Assembly (NCBI GenBank): GCA_045654365.1
Contig: JAZONF010000009.1
Location: 45,345 to 109,344, forward strand
Source of the DNA: Christensenellaceae bacterium
Lineage (GTDB): Bacteria; Bacillota; Clostridia; Christensenellales; Borkfalkiaceae
DNA length: 64,000 nt
Reading direction: 5' to 3'
In this document: positions 30,242 through 39,884 of the stretch, one piece after another
How the letters are laid out: the number at the start of each line of letters is the position of its first letter
Position numbering within the stretch: the stretch's first letter is position 1
Program-made: the position numbers and the translations under genes
Notes under the pieces: model-generated
The model's input: only the letters and a program-made list of their open reading frames with translations
The model's database searches: none
Told to the model about the DNA's origin: nothing

Positions 30242-33217
30242 ATGCTATCTGTAAAAAACTTAGTTAAAATATATAAAAGCAAGGGCGGTGTAATAGTTAA
30301 CGCTCTTGACGGAATTAATATAGACTTTCCCGAAAAGGGTATGGTCTTTTTGCTCGGTAAGAGTGGTTCTGGTAAATCTACCCTTTTAAACGTTACGGGT
30401 GGATTAGATATCCCTACGAGCGGTGAAGTTATCGTTAAGGGTAAAAGTAGTAAAGACTTTGCTCCTTCCGACTGGGATAGTTATAGAAATACCTACATAG
30501 GTTTCGTATTCCAAGAGTATAATATTTTGGACGAATTTACCGTTGAACAAAATATTGCGCTTGCACTTCAGTTGCAAAATAAAAACAATGATATTGAAAG
30601 GGTAAATGAAATTTTAAGAGAAGTTGACCTTGAGGGATACGCTAAAAGAAAGCCCAACACTTTATCCGGTGGACAAAAGCAAAGGGTTGCTATTGCAAGG
30701 GCGCTTATAAAAAGTCCCGAAATTATCATGGCGGACGAGCCTACGGGCGCACTCGATTCAGAAACGGGTAAACAAGTTTTTGATACGTTAAAGAAACTTT
30801 CATTATCGAGATTAGTCATCGTTGTTTCTCACGATAGGGATTTTGCCGAAACTTACGCTGATAGAATTATTGAGCTTGAAGATGGTAAGGTTATTGAAGA
30901 TAATTCAAGGGAAATTATAGAGGAAAACACCGCTATCGAAAACGTAAGTTACTTAGATAACGATACTATAACCGTTAAGGACTGGAAAAAACTTTCTAAC
31001 GAGGATATTAAGCGCATAATTTCCGTTATGAGTCAAAACGAGGGTGAAACGGTTATCACTAAGGACCAGAAAGAAATTACGGAAATTAAGAAAACGCATA
31101 AAAAGACGAATACTGTTAAAGCCTTTAGTCCGACAAAAAATAAGCAAGTTAGTTATAATGGTGAATCGGCAAAGTTTATTAAATCAAAATTGCCTTTTGT
31201 TCACGCTTTTAAGGTGGCTTTAGGGGCAATAAAAACTAAACCTATTAGGTTGGTTTTTACCATATTATTATCAATTCTTGCCTTTACCTTTTTTGGCGTT
31301 GCCTCAACCTTAATGCTTTATAGTCCAAGATATTCAATGTCTACCGCTTTTGAAAATTCCGAATTTAGCGCATACGTTATTGAAAAGGAATATCAAGCGC
31401 AAAACGTTGTGCAGTATTTGGATGCTAATTATAAATTAGTATCGGAAGTAAGTGGGACTATGGAGTTTAGGGGTGCATATTCTGAAGAAGATATTCGCCT
31501 GTTAAACGATAACTCCTACGGTATGAACTTTTCTGGACTTATTGATTTTGGCTATTATAAACATATTGAAGGCGGTTTTGAAAGCGATTACTACACGGGT
31601 AGAAGTTTCATATTACAAAATCAAGCCATTTCACTAAATGACCAATATTTTTATTGCAATGATAACGTCAGTGGATTTTATGACGGGGGAGAACAGTCTT
31701 TATTAGACAGAGGTTTTACTTTGCTCGGTGGTAGATATCCCGAAAAAGCCAACGAAATTGCTATTTCCGAATATCATTTTGGTTTTTTCGAAAAGGCGAT
31801 TTATTCTGATATTGATGAAGTTGACGATATATTAGGAAAAGAAATTACTATAAGTGATTTTAAATTAACTGTAACGGGTGTTTATAACGTTGGCAACTTC
31901 CCCGAGAAGTTTGACGTGTTGAGAAATGTTAACGAAATTATTAATTTAACCCCAACAGAGAGGGAAAAGTTAGTAATAGAACTTGTTGATTTCGTTTCCT
32001 GTTCATTTCACTCGGTTGTGTTCGTTTCACCAAGCTTTTATGAAACGTATAGGGGACGGTTCGTTGAGCCGTCTTATAGAAGTGGGCTTGGTATAAATAT
32101 AGGTAACTCTCGACCTGAAATAAGTCCTGTCAAAGCAAGCGATAACATTACGGCTTACACGAAAAATTCCGTTTGGCAGTATGATGATTTGTTTACTTTT
32201 GTTGATTTTGATGGAAACGTTATAGAAGAAGACTTTGGTAAGCAGGATTTATACGTTAACGCATCGTTGCTTCATAATGCTATAGTCAATGCAGTAGGTG
32301 AGTATATTGCTTATCTTCCTAATGCGTCAGATTATCAAGAGGTAATTGATATTGCTAAAAAAATTACCAGTACTTGGAGTTCGCTAACTAAGGAAGAATA
32401 TATTTCTTGCTTAAGAGCCTTTAGGGAACTTAATATAAATTACTTAAATAACAGTGGTGTTTCAAGAAAAAAAGTAATAAAGAACGTTGACGGTGAAAGT
32501 ATAGAAATCGTAACAAAGGGCTTTTATATAAGTGAATGTAAATCAACTTACTCAATTCCATTTATTTCCGACGAGGTTTTTGACGAACTTGCTTTGACAA
32601 TGGAAGAGTATTTTACTCAAAATGATTCACATTATATTATAGTTTTAGATTTTGAGCCTGACGTTAAAGCGCAAAAGTACGGAAAACTAATTAGTTTAAC
32701 TGACGGTAGTTATAAGCAAGCATACTACGTTTTAGGTCAATTTTCTAATTTTAATAACCGAATTAAAAATTCCGTTTATGATTTTAGCAAACAAATTACT
32801 GATACTATTGACTTATTAAAAATAATATTCTCTGTTATAACAGGCGTTTTTGCCGTGTTTGCTTCGTTAATGCTATTTAACTTTATTTCGGTATCTATTT
32901 CTTCTAAGACGAGGGAGATAGGTATTCTAAGGGCTATAGGTGCAAGGGGGATAGACGTGTTTAAGATTTTCATCTTAGAAGCACTTATGATAACTGGAAC
33001 ATGTTTTATATTATCAACAGTCGCCTCCCTCGTTATTTGTAGTTTAGCAAACAAATCGTTGATTGGTAGTATGATTGGTATGTCGGTATTGAATTTTGGC
33101 GTGTTAAGCGTTTTAATGCTACTTGCAATGACCGTGTTTATTTCTTTTGTGGCAACCTTGTCACCGGTAATAAAGGCATCTAAAAAATCACCCGTAGACA
33201 GCATTAGGTCGTTATAA
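30242..33217 (+). CDS. fused ABC ATPase / FtsX-family permease (MacB-like architecture) with very large extracytoplasmic domain
   Basis: N-terminal NBD (GKSGSGKST, LSGGQKQRVAIARAL, IIMADEPTGALD), TM1 around aa 336-359, roughly 500 aa non-hydrophobic domain, C-terminal FtsX three-TM module (REIGILRAIGARG). Confidence 0.85.
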   Translation: MLSVKNLVKIYKSKGGVIVNALDGINIDFPEKGMVFLLGKSGSGKSTLLNVTGGLDIPTSGEVIVKGKSSKDFAPSDWDSYRNTYIGFVFQEYNILDEFTVEQNIALALQLQNKNNDIERVNEILREVDLEGYAKRKPNTLSGGQKQRVAIARALIKSPEIIMADEPTGALDSETGKQVFDTLKKLSLSRLVIVVSHDRDFAETYADRIIELEDGKVIEDNSREIIEENTAIENVSYLDNDTITVKDWKKLSNEDIKRIISVMSQNEGETVITKDQKEITEIKKTHKKTNTVKAFSPTKNKQVSYNGESAKFIKSKLPFVHAFKVALGAIKTKPIRLVFTILLSILAFTFFGVASTLMLYSPRYSMSTAFENSEFSAYVIEKEYQAQNVVQYLDANYKLVSEVSGTMEFRGAYSEEDIRLLNDNSYGMNFSGLIDFGYYKHIEGGFESDYYTGRSFILQNQAISLNDQYFYCNDNVSGFYDGGEQSLLDRGFTLLGGRYPEKANEIAISEYHFGFFEKAIYSDIDEVDDILGKEITISDFKLTVTGVYNVGNFPEKFDVLRNVNEIINLTPTEREKLVIELVDFVSCSFHSVVFVSPSFYETYRGRFVEPSYRSGLGINIGNSRPEISPVKASDNITAYTKNSVWQYDDLFTFVDFDGNVIEEDFGKQDLYVNASLLHNAIVNAVGEYIAYLPNASDYQEVIDIAKKITSTWSSLTKEEYISCLRAFRELNINYLNNSGVSRKKVIKNVDGESIEIVTKGFYISECKSTYSIPFISDEVFDELALTMEEYFTQNDSHYIIVLDFEPDVKAQKYGKLISLTDGSYKQAYYVLGQFSNFNNRIKNSVYDFSKQITDTIDLLKIIFSVITGVFAVFASLMLFNFISVSISSKTREIGILRAIGARGIDVFKIFILEALMITGTCFILSTVASLVICSLANKSLIGSMIGMSVLNFGVLSVLMLLAMTVFISFVATLSPVIKASKKSPVDSIRSL

Positions 33218-33236
33218 TAATTAAGGTGAATAAATT

Positions 33237-33267
33237 AAAAAGGGAAACTTTTTGTTTCCCTTTTTTT
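33237..33267. terminator. bidirectional rho-independent terminator between convergent genes
   Basis: AAAAGGGAAAC (33237-33248) pairs with GTTTCCCTTTT (33254-33264). An A run lies on one side and a T run on the other. Confidence 0.8.
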
Positions 33268-33268
33268 A

Positions 33269-34696
33269 TTAAATCTTATTTATTGAATTTGTCATTGAGT
33301 TTGTTTTTGACTGGTTGCCGTATTTATCTATTTCCATTTTACTCTTTTCGCCGTGAGTTAAGCACCCAGCACCACCGATACAACCGCCAATACAAGCCAT
33401 ACCCTCGATAAAGTTTCCATCAAACATGCCCTTGTTAAGTTTAAGAAGGGCAACTCTGCAAGCCTCTATTCCATCACAAACAACGGGTTTAACTTGGAAA
33501 TCTACGTTTTGTTCTTTAATGGCGTTTATAACTGCCTCTGTTAAACCACCACTTCTTGCAAATATCCTGCCAAAAGGTGAAGAGTTTTCAATCTCTCTTT
33601 CCTCTAAAGAGTTGAGTTCAATTTCTCTACTGTCAAATAGGGCTTGAAGTTCTTCAAACGTGATAACTACGTCAACGTAAGGCTTAACGCTATCTTTTAG
33701 CCTTTCTTGTTTTTTTGCCGTGCAAGGTCCTATAAATATGACTTTGCAGTTTGGAGTTTTTTCTTTGAGAAGTTTTGCAAGTTCCGCCATAGGGGAAAGA
33801 TTTGTTGATACGTGCTTTAAAAGGTTGGGGAAATTTGTTTCAACGTATTCAACAAATGCAGGGCAACATGAACTTGTTAAAAACCCTTTTTCTGCAAGTT
33901 CTTTAGCCTCTTTTAAGGCAACTATATCTGCGCCAAGGGAAACCTCTAACACCTTATCAAAGCCTAACTCGTATAGCCCGCTATAAACTTGACCAAGTTT
34001 TGCGTACGAAAATTGACTTGCTATAGATGGCGCAACTATTGCGTAGGTAGGAACGCCATTTTCTTTGCAGTTCGTTTGACTGTTCTTTAATAACTTAACG
34101 GCGTCAATTATGTAAGATTTATCCATTATTGCTCCGAAAGGACATTGATAAACGCACGCTCCACACTGAATACATTTTGAATCGTCTATTTTTGCAGCCT
34201 TTTCTTCGTTCATAGAAATGGCTTTTAATTTACAAGCGTTTTGGCAGGGACGTTTACGACTTATTATCGCAGTGTAAGGGCAAACCTTTGCACACGCCCC
34301 GCATTCTTTGCATTTAGATTTGTCTATATGCGCTACGTGATGGTGGTCAAAAGATATTGCGCCAAACTTACACGCATCTTCGCAACGGTGGGCTAAACAA
34401 CCTCTACAAGCGTTCGTAACTTCAAAACCGCCTACGGGACATTCGTCACAAGCAATTTCTATAATTTCTATAACGTTAGAGTTTTCTCTATCTCCGCCCA
34501 TCGCAATTTTAACTCTTTCGCTTAAGATTGCTCTTTCTTTATATACGCAACAACGCATAGTAGGTTCTTTCCCTGGAACTATCGTCGTTGGAATATTGAG
34601 TAATTTTTCCAACAATTTATCTTCCCAAGAAAGGCGGGCAACTTCTTTTAATACTTTGTATTTTAAATGCTGAACTTTTGTGTCGAATTTATGCAT
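33269..34696 (-). CDS. [FeFe]-hydrogenase-like protein (ferredoxin-type N-terminal clusters + H-cluster domain)
   Basis: Two CxxCxxCxxxCP motifs (CKECGACAKVCP, CIQCGACVYQCP) plus extra Cys clusters. H-cluster-type motifs TSSCCPAF, GPCTAKKQE, GMACIGGCIGGAG. Confidence 0.75.
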   Translation of the reverse strand: MHKFDTKVQHLKYKVLKEVARLSWEDKLLEKLLNIPTTIVPGKEPTMRCCVYKERAILSERVKIAMGGDRENSNVIEIIEIACDECPVGGFEVTNACRGCLAHRCEDACKFGAISFDHHHVAHIDKSKCKECGACAKVCPYTAIISRKRPCQNACKLKAISMNEEKAAKIDDSKCIQCGACVYQCPFGAIMDKSYIIDAVKLLKNSQTNCKENGVPTYAIVAPSIASQFSYAKLGQVYSGLYELGFDKVLEVSLGADIVALKEAKELAEKGFLTSSCCPAFVEYVETNFPNLLKHVSTNLSPMAELAKLLKEKTPNCKVIFIGPCTAKKQERLKDSVKPYVDVVITFEELQALFDSREIELNSLEEREIENSSPFGRIFARSGGLTEAVINAIKEQNVDFQVKPVVCDGIEACRVALLKLNKGMFDGNFIEGMACIGGCIGGAGCLTHGEKSKMEIDKYGNQSKTNSMTNSINKI

Positions 34697-34800
34697 TTTA
34701 ATCTTCCTTCATTTAATTCTCGGTAAATTATATCATAAAAAAAATGCCTTTACAATTAAATCGTAGCCTTTTTTATAAATTATATTATAGATAATTATGG

Positions 34801-34833
34801 AAAATAAAAAGACAAACAATTTTGTTTGTCTTT
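34801..34833 (-). terminator. rho-independent terminator after rnfB
   Basis: AAAGACAAACA (34808-34818) pairs with TGTTTGTCTTT (34823-34833). A T run follows on the minus strand (34801-34810). Confidence 0.75.
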
Positions 34834-34853
34834 AATTATAATATAGTTATAAA

Positions 34854-35675
34854 CTAAATTTCCCAAATGCACTTTCTTGGGCATTTATTAGCGCAAATTT
34901 TACATCCAGTACACTTTTTATAATCAATTACTGGTATATTGTCGTTCATAGTAATTGCGCCTGAGGGGCAGTTTTTTGCGCATATTCCGCAACCTATACA
35001 ACCTTTTTCACACGCACCCATAACTTCTTTGCCACGACAATGTGTGGAGCATGCAACGTATACTTTAGAAGATTTTGGAATAAGTTCAACAATTTTTTTA
35101 GGACAAGTTTTAACGCAAAGTCCACACGCCTCGCAAAGAGCCTTGTTTGCTACTGCAACGTGGTTTTTTACTTCAATAGCGTGATAGGGGCAGACCTCTA
35201 CACATGAACCGCTCCCAAGACAACCTGTGGGGCAAACCTTTTTACCACCTTGAAAGTTTGACTGCGCAATACAACCGTCGTTGCCAAAATATTCAAATTT
35301 ATCCTTACATCTATCACCCCCGGCGCAGTGAACAACAACGTAACGTTCTTCTTCTGCAGAAAAGGGGATATCTAATATTTTAGCGATTTTTGCTTTTCCC
35401 TCGTTTGAGGTTGGACCACAAGAAGATAATTCTGCTCTGCCTTCAGACAACGCTTTAGCAAAGTCGCTACATCCTGCATATCCGCAACCGCCACAGTTTG
35501 CACCGGCAAGATGCTCCGATATTGCTTCGGCTTTTTCGTTTGGTTTAACGTAACAAATTTTAGAAACGAGAACGATAAGCACTGCAAAAATTACTGCTAC
35601 TACTGCAACTATTGCTATAACTAATAGTAGTTTATTTACGTTTATTGAATTTGCATTTAGCATTAAATAATTCAT
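34854..35675 (-). CDS. rnfB: Rnf complex subunit B (polyferredoxin)
   Basis: N-terminal TM helix, CGGCGYAGC cluster motif, several CxxCxxCxxxCP ferredoxin motifs. Last gene of the rnf operon. Confidence 0.88.
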   Translation of the reverse strand: MNYLMLNANSINVNKLLLVIAIVAVVAVIFAVLIVLVSKICYVKPNEKAEAISEHLAGANCGGCGYAGCSDFAKALSEGRAELSSCGPTSNEGKAKIAKILDIPFSAEEERYVVVHCAGGDRCKDKFEYFGNDGCIAQSNFQGGKKVCPTGCLGSGSCVEVCPYHAIEVKNHVAVANKALCEACGLCVKTCPKKIVELIPKSSKVYVACSTHCRGKEVMGACEKGCIGCGICAKNCPSGAITMNDNIPVIDYKKCTGCKICANKCPRKCIWEI

Positions 35676-35687
35676 TGTTAAATCTCC

Positions 35688-36299
35688 TTAAATAAGGGCA
35701 AACACGTAGAAAGCCATTGCTATAAAGCAAGCGGCTATCATTGCTATAGGAAAGCCTTTTAGATGCTTATTAATTGGAAGTCTTGAAATCTTTTCTCTAA
35801 GACCGCTCATTAAAACTATTGCAACGGTAAATCCAACGCCTGCAAATAATCCGTATAAAACCGCATATCCTAAGCCCATTTGTGCAGGAGAGGAAAGTCC
35901 TATTATTGATGCCATTTGGTTATGGTCGATAACAAGCTCGGCAACGCCGAGTACGGCGCAGTTAGTGGTTATTAAGGGTAAATATATTCCCATTGCATTA
36001 TATAGGGTAGGAGAGTACTTTTTGAGCGCCATCTCTATCATTTGAACTAAACCTGCAATTACGAAAATGAAAACGATAATTTCCATAAACTCTATGTCGT
36101 AAGGGTCTAAAATCAAAGTGTAAATGGGATAGGTGATTAAACAAGTTATCGTCATAACGAAGGTAACTGCAATACCCATACCGAGTGCGCTCTTAAAGTC
36201 CTTGCTAACGCCGAGGAAAGGACAGATTCCGAGGAATTGTACTACGACGAAATTGTTAATAAATACGGCAGAAACAATAATCAATATAAATTCAGTCAT
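35688..36299 (-). CDS. rnfA: Rnf complex subunit A
   Basis: MTEFILIIVSAVFINNFVVVQFLGICPFLG is canonical RnfA/NqrE-like. ATG 36299 follows GGAGG. The ORF-track extension to 36347 overlaps rnfE. Confidence 0.9.
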   Translation of the reverse strand: MTEFILIIVSAVFINNFVVVQFLGICPFLGVSKDFKSALGMGIAVTFVMTITCLITYPIYTLILDPYDIEFMEIIVFIFVIAGLVQMIEMALKKYSPTLYNAMGIYLPLITTNCAVLGVAELVIDHNQMASIIGLSSPAQMGLGYAVLYGLFAGVGFTVAIVLMSGLREKISRLPINKHLKGFPIAMIAACFIAMAFYVFALI

Positions 36300-36300
36300 C

Positions 36301-36969
36301 TTATTTTTCCTCCGAAATTTCGCTTGACGTTTGGTTTTTGCTTGCAACTAAATCAGCGTATTTTTTTATTTTTTGTTTTTTACCGATAACCCCTTCGGCA
36401 AGGCTAAATAACGCAATAAATAAACCGTATGTAAAGAAAGAACCTGCACTTGAAGAGAAGAATCCGATAGTGAAATCCCATAGTTGAATTCCAAAAATAC
36501 TGCCACTACCTAAAATTTCTCTAAAAGCACCCATAAGGGTTAAAGCGAGCATAAAGCCTATTCCCATAAAAAGTCCGTCTAAAATAGAGGCAACGGGGGA
36601 GTTTTTACTTGCAAAACTTTCTGCCCTTGCTAATATTACACAGTTTACTACGATTAGGGGAAGATATAGTCCTAAAACTTCGTATGCGTCTGGAAGAAGT
36701 TTGTCTAACAACAATCTAACTATCGTTACGAAGGTTGCAATTATTAAAACGAAGGCTGGTATCCTAACTTGAGAAGGTATTGCCTTTCTCAAAAGAGATA
36801 CTAACAAGTTACTGCAAATTAAAACGAAGGTAACGGCAAGTCCCATATAAATACCGTTCATTGCCATTGTGGTTAGAGCAAGAGTGGGGCAGGTGCCGAG
36901 CACGAGTTTTAACGTGGGGTTTTGAGTGATAACGCCGTCAACGGCGATTTTTCTAAAATTAGTTTTCAT
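36301..36969 (-). CDS. rnfE: Rnf complex subunit E
   Basis: NPTLKLVLGTCPTLA, LPLIVVNCVILARAE motifs (RnfE/NqrD-like). Confidence 0.9.
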   Translation of the reverse strand: MKTNFRKIAVDGVITQNPTLKLVLGTCPTLALTTMAMNGIYMGLAVTFVLICSNLLVSLLRKAIPSQVRIPAFVLIIATFVTIVRLLLDKLLPDAYEVLGLYLPLIVVNCVILARAESFASKNSPVASILDGLFMGIGFMLALTLMGAFREILGSGSIFGIQLWDFTIGFFSSSAGSFFTYGLFIALFSLAEGVIGKKQKIKKYADLVASKNQTSSEISEEK

Positions 36970-37558
36970 AATTTTCCCCCAAATATTTTATTACACAGTT
37001 TACTGCGTTGTTAGCGGCGTTTGCCGACATTGTTGCGCCCGTTATAGGGTTAGAGTTAACTGCGCTTTCGTTGGTGGAAAAAAGTTCCCCCTTTTCGTAA
37101 GCCTCAGTAACGTCAAAAAGTTCAAAATTACCATAAAAAGATGCGGTAAGTTTACTCATTAACGTTTGTTTTTCATATCCGTCCAAGATTACTTTTTTAA
37201 TTGAAAGCACTCCGTTAGAATTTTCCTTTACACTTATCCAAAGTGAAATAGTGCCACCTTTATAACCTTCTTTACCCGTAGACTTAAAAAGAAGATAACT
37301 TTCATTTTCGTTAACCTGAACTTCATAGATGCTGTCAATAGAACCTTCGTCGTATTCAATAGAGCCTTCTTCTCCGTTAAATACCGTATTGTAAAGTTCA
37401 ACTTCACCATAGATTTTTTTGATTGCTCTATCAGTTCTTTCTTTGTCAGAAACGTGCAAAATATCGCTTAATATTGAAAGTGATGCACCCGATATGCATA
37501 TAATAATCAAAAGGGTGGAAATACATCTAAACCAGATGTTAGAAAAAAACTTTTTCAT
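36959..37558 (-). CDS. rnfG: Rnf complex subunit G (FMN-binding)
   Basis: N-terminal TM anchor. C-terminal flavinylation-type motif ITGATMSANA (S/TGAT). Confidence 0.85.
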   Translation of the reverse strand: MKKFFSNIWFRCISTLLIIICISGASLSILSDILHVSDKERTDRAIKKIYGEVELYNTVFNGEEGSIEYDEGSIDSIYEVQVNENESYLLFKSTGKEGYKGGTISLWISVKENSNGVLSIKKVILDGYEKQTLMSKLTASFYGNFELFDVTEAYEKGELFSTNESAVNSNPITGATMSANAANNAVNCVIKYLGENYEN

Positions 37559-37561
37559 TTT

Positions 37562-38557
37562 TTATTTTCCCTCCTTTGATTTTTTATTCTTAACGTAACC
37601 AAAGGGTTTATTTACGATAAATTTATCGATTAAAGGAACTAATAAGTTCCCAAGTAAAATTACAAAGGAAACTACTTCGATTTTTGTTGCAAATCTAAGC
37701 CCTGCGGTTAATAGTCCCAAAAGGATAAAATATATAACGTTGCCTAAAATGGTGTTTGGTGAAGTGGTATAATCGGTTGCCATAAAAAATGCACCGAGTA
37801 TTAATCCGCCCGATAAAATGGAGGGGAGGAAATATGCAAAATTAAACCCAAACAAGCAAACGCTAAATAATCCCGTTACTGCAATATAAATAAGTGGGTA
37901 AATAATGTTAATAATTTTCGTGCAGGCAAGATAGATTGCGCCTAAAACAAGTGCTATTTTACATGTTTCGCCTATACAGCCTGCTAATCCCGTGCCGAGA
38001 AGTAAATCTAAAACGGAAAGAGAGGGGAGTGAGCCGTTGCCCATAAGAGAAGTTAAAACGGTTGCCCCAGTAGTTGGCGTAGAGGTAGACGTTATAGGAG
38101 CAATGGACGGCATTGCCCAATTACTCGCCATAACCGCAGTAAAAGACATAAATGCAAAAACTCTGCCTGCGATGGCGGGATTAACGAGATTTTTACCCGT
38201 TCCACCAAAAATCATTTTAACTACTATAATTGCAAACACGCTTGCAAACACGGGAACGTATAGGGGCGTTTGAGAGCCCATACACATACCAACTAATAAA
38301 CCCGTTACGCAAGAAGTAAAGTCAAAATCGTTGGTTATTTCCTTAAATGACTTTTTTAGTATAAGATTATATACGTATTCGCTTGCAACGGCAGAAAGGG
38401 TGGATACTAATAAAATTAGAAGTGCGTTTATTCCAAAATAAACAATACCCATTATGCATGCGGGAAGAAGTGCTATGCATACTCTTGCCATTATACCTTT
38501 GGTCGTTCTCGGTGCTTTTATATGCGGAGAGGGGGAATATGTAAGTAATTTATCCAT
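37562..38557 (-). CDS. rnfD: Rnf complex subunit D
   Basis: SPSPHIKAPRTT N-terminus, polytopic membrane protein, TGATVLT-type FMN site. RnfD/NqrB-like. Confidence 0.9.
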   Translation of the reverse strand: MDKLLTYSPSPHIKAPRTTKGIMARVCIALLPACIMGIVYFGINALLILLVSTLSAVASEYVYNLILKKSFKEITNDFDFTSCVTGLLVGMCMGSQTPLYVPVFASVFAIIVVKMIFGGTGKNLVNPAIAGRVFAFMSFTAVMASNWAMPSIAPITSTSTPTTGATVLTSLMGNGSLPSLSVLDLLLGTGLAGCIGETCKIALVLGAIYLACTKIINIIYPLIYIAVTGLFSVCLFGFNFAYFLPSILSGGLILGAFFMATDYTTSPNTILGNVIYFILLGLLTAGLRFATKIEVVSFVILLGNLLVPLIDKFIVNKPFGYVKNKKSKEGK

Positions 38558-39848
38558 TTTTCTTCATCTCCTTAATTTTTCCTTTAGCATAAACAATGCT
38601 TTGTACAAGTGACCTTTTTGCTGGGCAGTTATAAGTACAAAGTCCGCATTCAATACAGTTCATTGCACCGTATTTTTGTGCCTTTTCAAAATCTCCCGCA
38701 ATGGCGTTTGATTCAATATACATAGGCATAAGTCTCATAGGACAATTTTTTGCACATAAACCGCAGTTGATGCAGTTGGTAGGTTTGCTCGTATTTGTTT
38801 CTTTTAAAGTTAGGCATAAAATACCGCTATCGGTTTTTCTCGTGTAGTGGTTTAGAGTTACTAACGCTCTTCCCATCATAGGTCCGCCGGCAACAACCTT
38901 AATAACGTCCTCATCTTTTCCTCCGCAAAATTCAATTAGTTCTTCTACGGGAGTTCCTAAGGGGGCAAGAATATTTTTAGGCGTTTTTATTCCTTTACCA
39001 CTTACGGTTATAACCGTTTCAGTAAGGGGTTTATTGTGTTCAATCGCCTCGTAACAAGCAATTAAAGTTTTAACGTTTTGAACGCAACAGTCAATGTCAA
39101 AAGGCATTTTGCCTACGGGAACTTTTCTACCGGTAGTAACGTAAATTAAATGTTTTTCGCTACCCATAGGGTATTGCTTTCTTAAAACTACAACGTCAAT
39201 ATCGTCGTACTTAGAAAATAATTCTATTGCCTTAGGCTTGTTTGCCTCAATACCGAAAACTACACGTTCAATACCTAACGCTTTAGCAACGTATTTTATA
39301 CCTTTATAAATGTCTTCAGTGCGCTCAATCATAAGTCTATAATCGCACGTTAGATAGGGCTCGCACTCTGCTCCGTTAACAACGAGCGTGTCTAACTGGT
39401 GATTGGGTGAAAGTTTAATAGCCGTAGGAAAACCCGCACCACCTAAACCAACGATTCCGGCTTGCCTTATTCTTTCAATTAACGTTTTCGTATCAAAGTT
39501 TTCAACGTCGTTAAATAAAACTTCTTCATCCTTAAAATCGTTTTCGATAATAACGTGATTTAGGTTTTGACCTAAGCCGTTTACTATGTTTTTAATTTCC
39601 GTAACCGTTCCCGAAACTGAGGCGAAAACGTTTGCTGAAAGAGCACCGCTTGCTTCTCCGATAAGTTGTCCTTTCTTTACGTGTTCGCCCACTTGAACTA
39701 TTGGGATGGCGGGAGCACCGATATGTTGGGACATGGAAATATACACCGTTTTTGGCGGTGTTATTCTTTCGATAGGGGAATCTTTAGAAAGTTTAGTTCC
39801 TTTAATTTTACTACCGTAAGGGTAGCGTTTTGCTTTTATAAAACTCAA
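38550..39848 (-). CDS. rnfC: Rnf complex subunit C
   Basis: GIVGLGGAGFPT NADH/FMN-binding motif and two CxxCxxCxxxCP motifs (CINCGLCAKNCP, CIECGLCTYNCP). TTG start 6 nt after AAGGAG. Confidence 0.9.
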   Translation of the reverse strand: MSFIKAKRYPYGSKIKGTKLSKDSPIERITPPKTVYISMSQHIGAPAIPIVQVGEHVKKGQLIGEASGALSANVFASVSGTVTEIKNIVNGLGQNLNHVIIENDFKDEEVLFNDVENFDTKTLIERIRQAGIVGLGGAGFPTAIKLSPNHQLDTLVVNGAECEPYLTCDYRLMIERTEDIYKGIKYVAKALGIERVVFGIEANKPKAIELFSKYDDIDVVVLRKQYPMGSEKHLIYVTTGRKVPVGKMPFDIDCCVQNVKTLIACYEAIEHNKPLTETVITVSGKGIKTPKNILAPLGTPVEELIEFCGGKDEDVIKVVAGGPMMGRALVTLNHYTRKTDSGILCLTLKETNTSKPTNCINCGLCAKNCPMRLMPMYIESNAIAGDFEKAQKYGAMNCIECGLCTYNCPAKRSLVQSIVYAKGKIKEMKKNG

Positions 39849-39884
39849 TTTTATCTCCTTTTCTCTCGTTAAGAGTTTTATTTA

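Noticed and set aside
33226-33411. A 61-aa plus-strand ORF after the ABC fusion gene.
   Set aside because: It spans the bidirectional terminator and runs antisense into the hydrogenase-like gene. It has no RBS.
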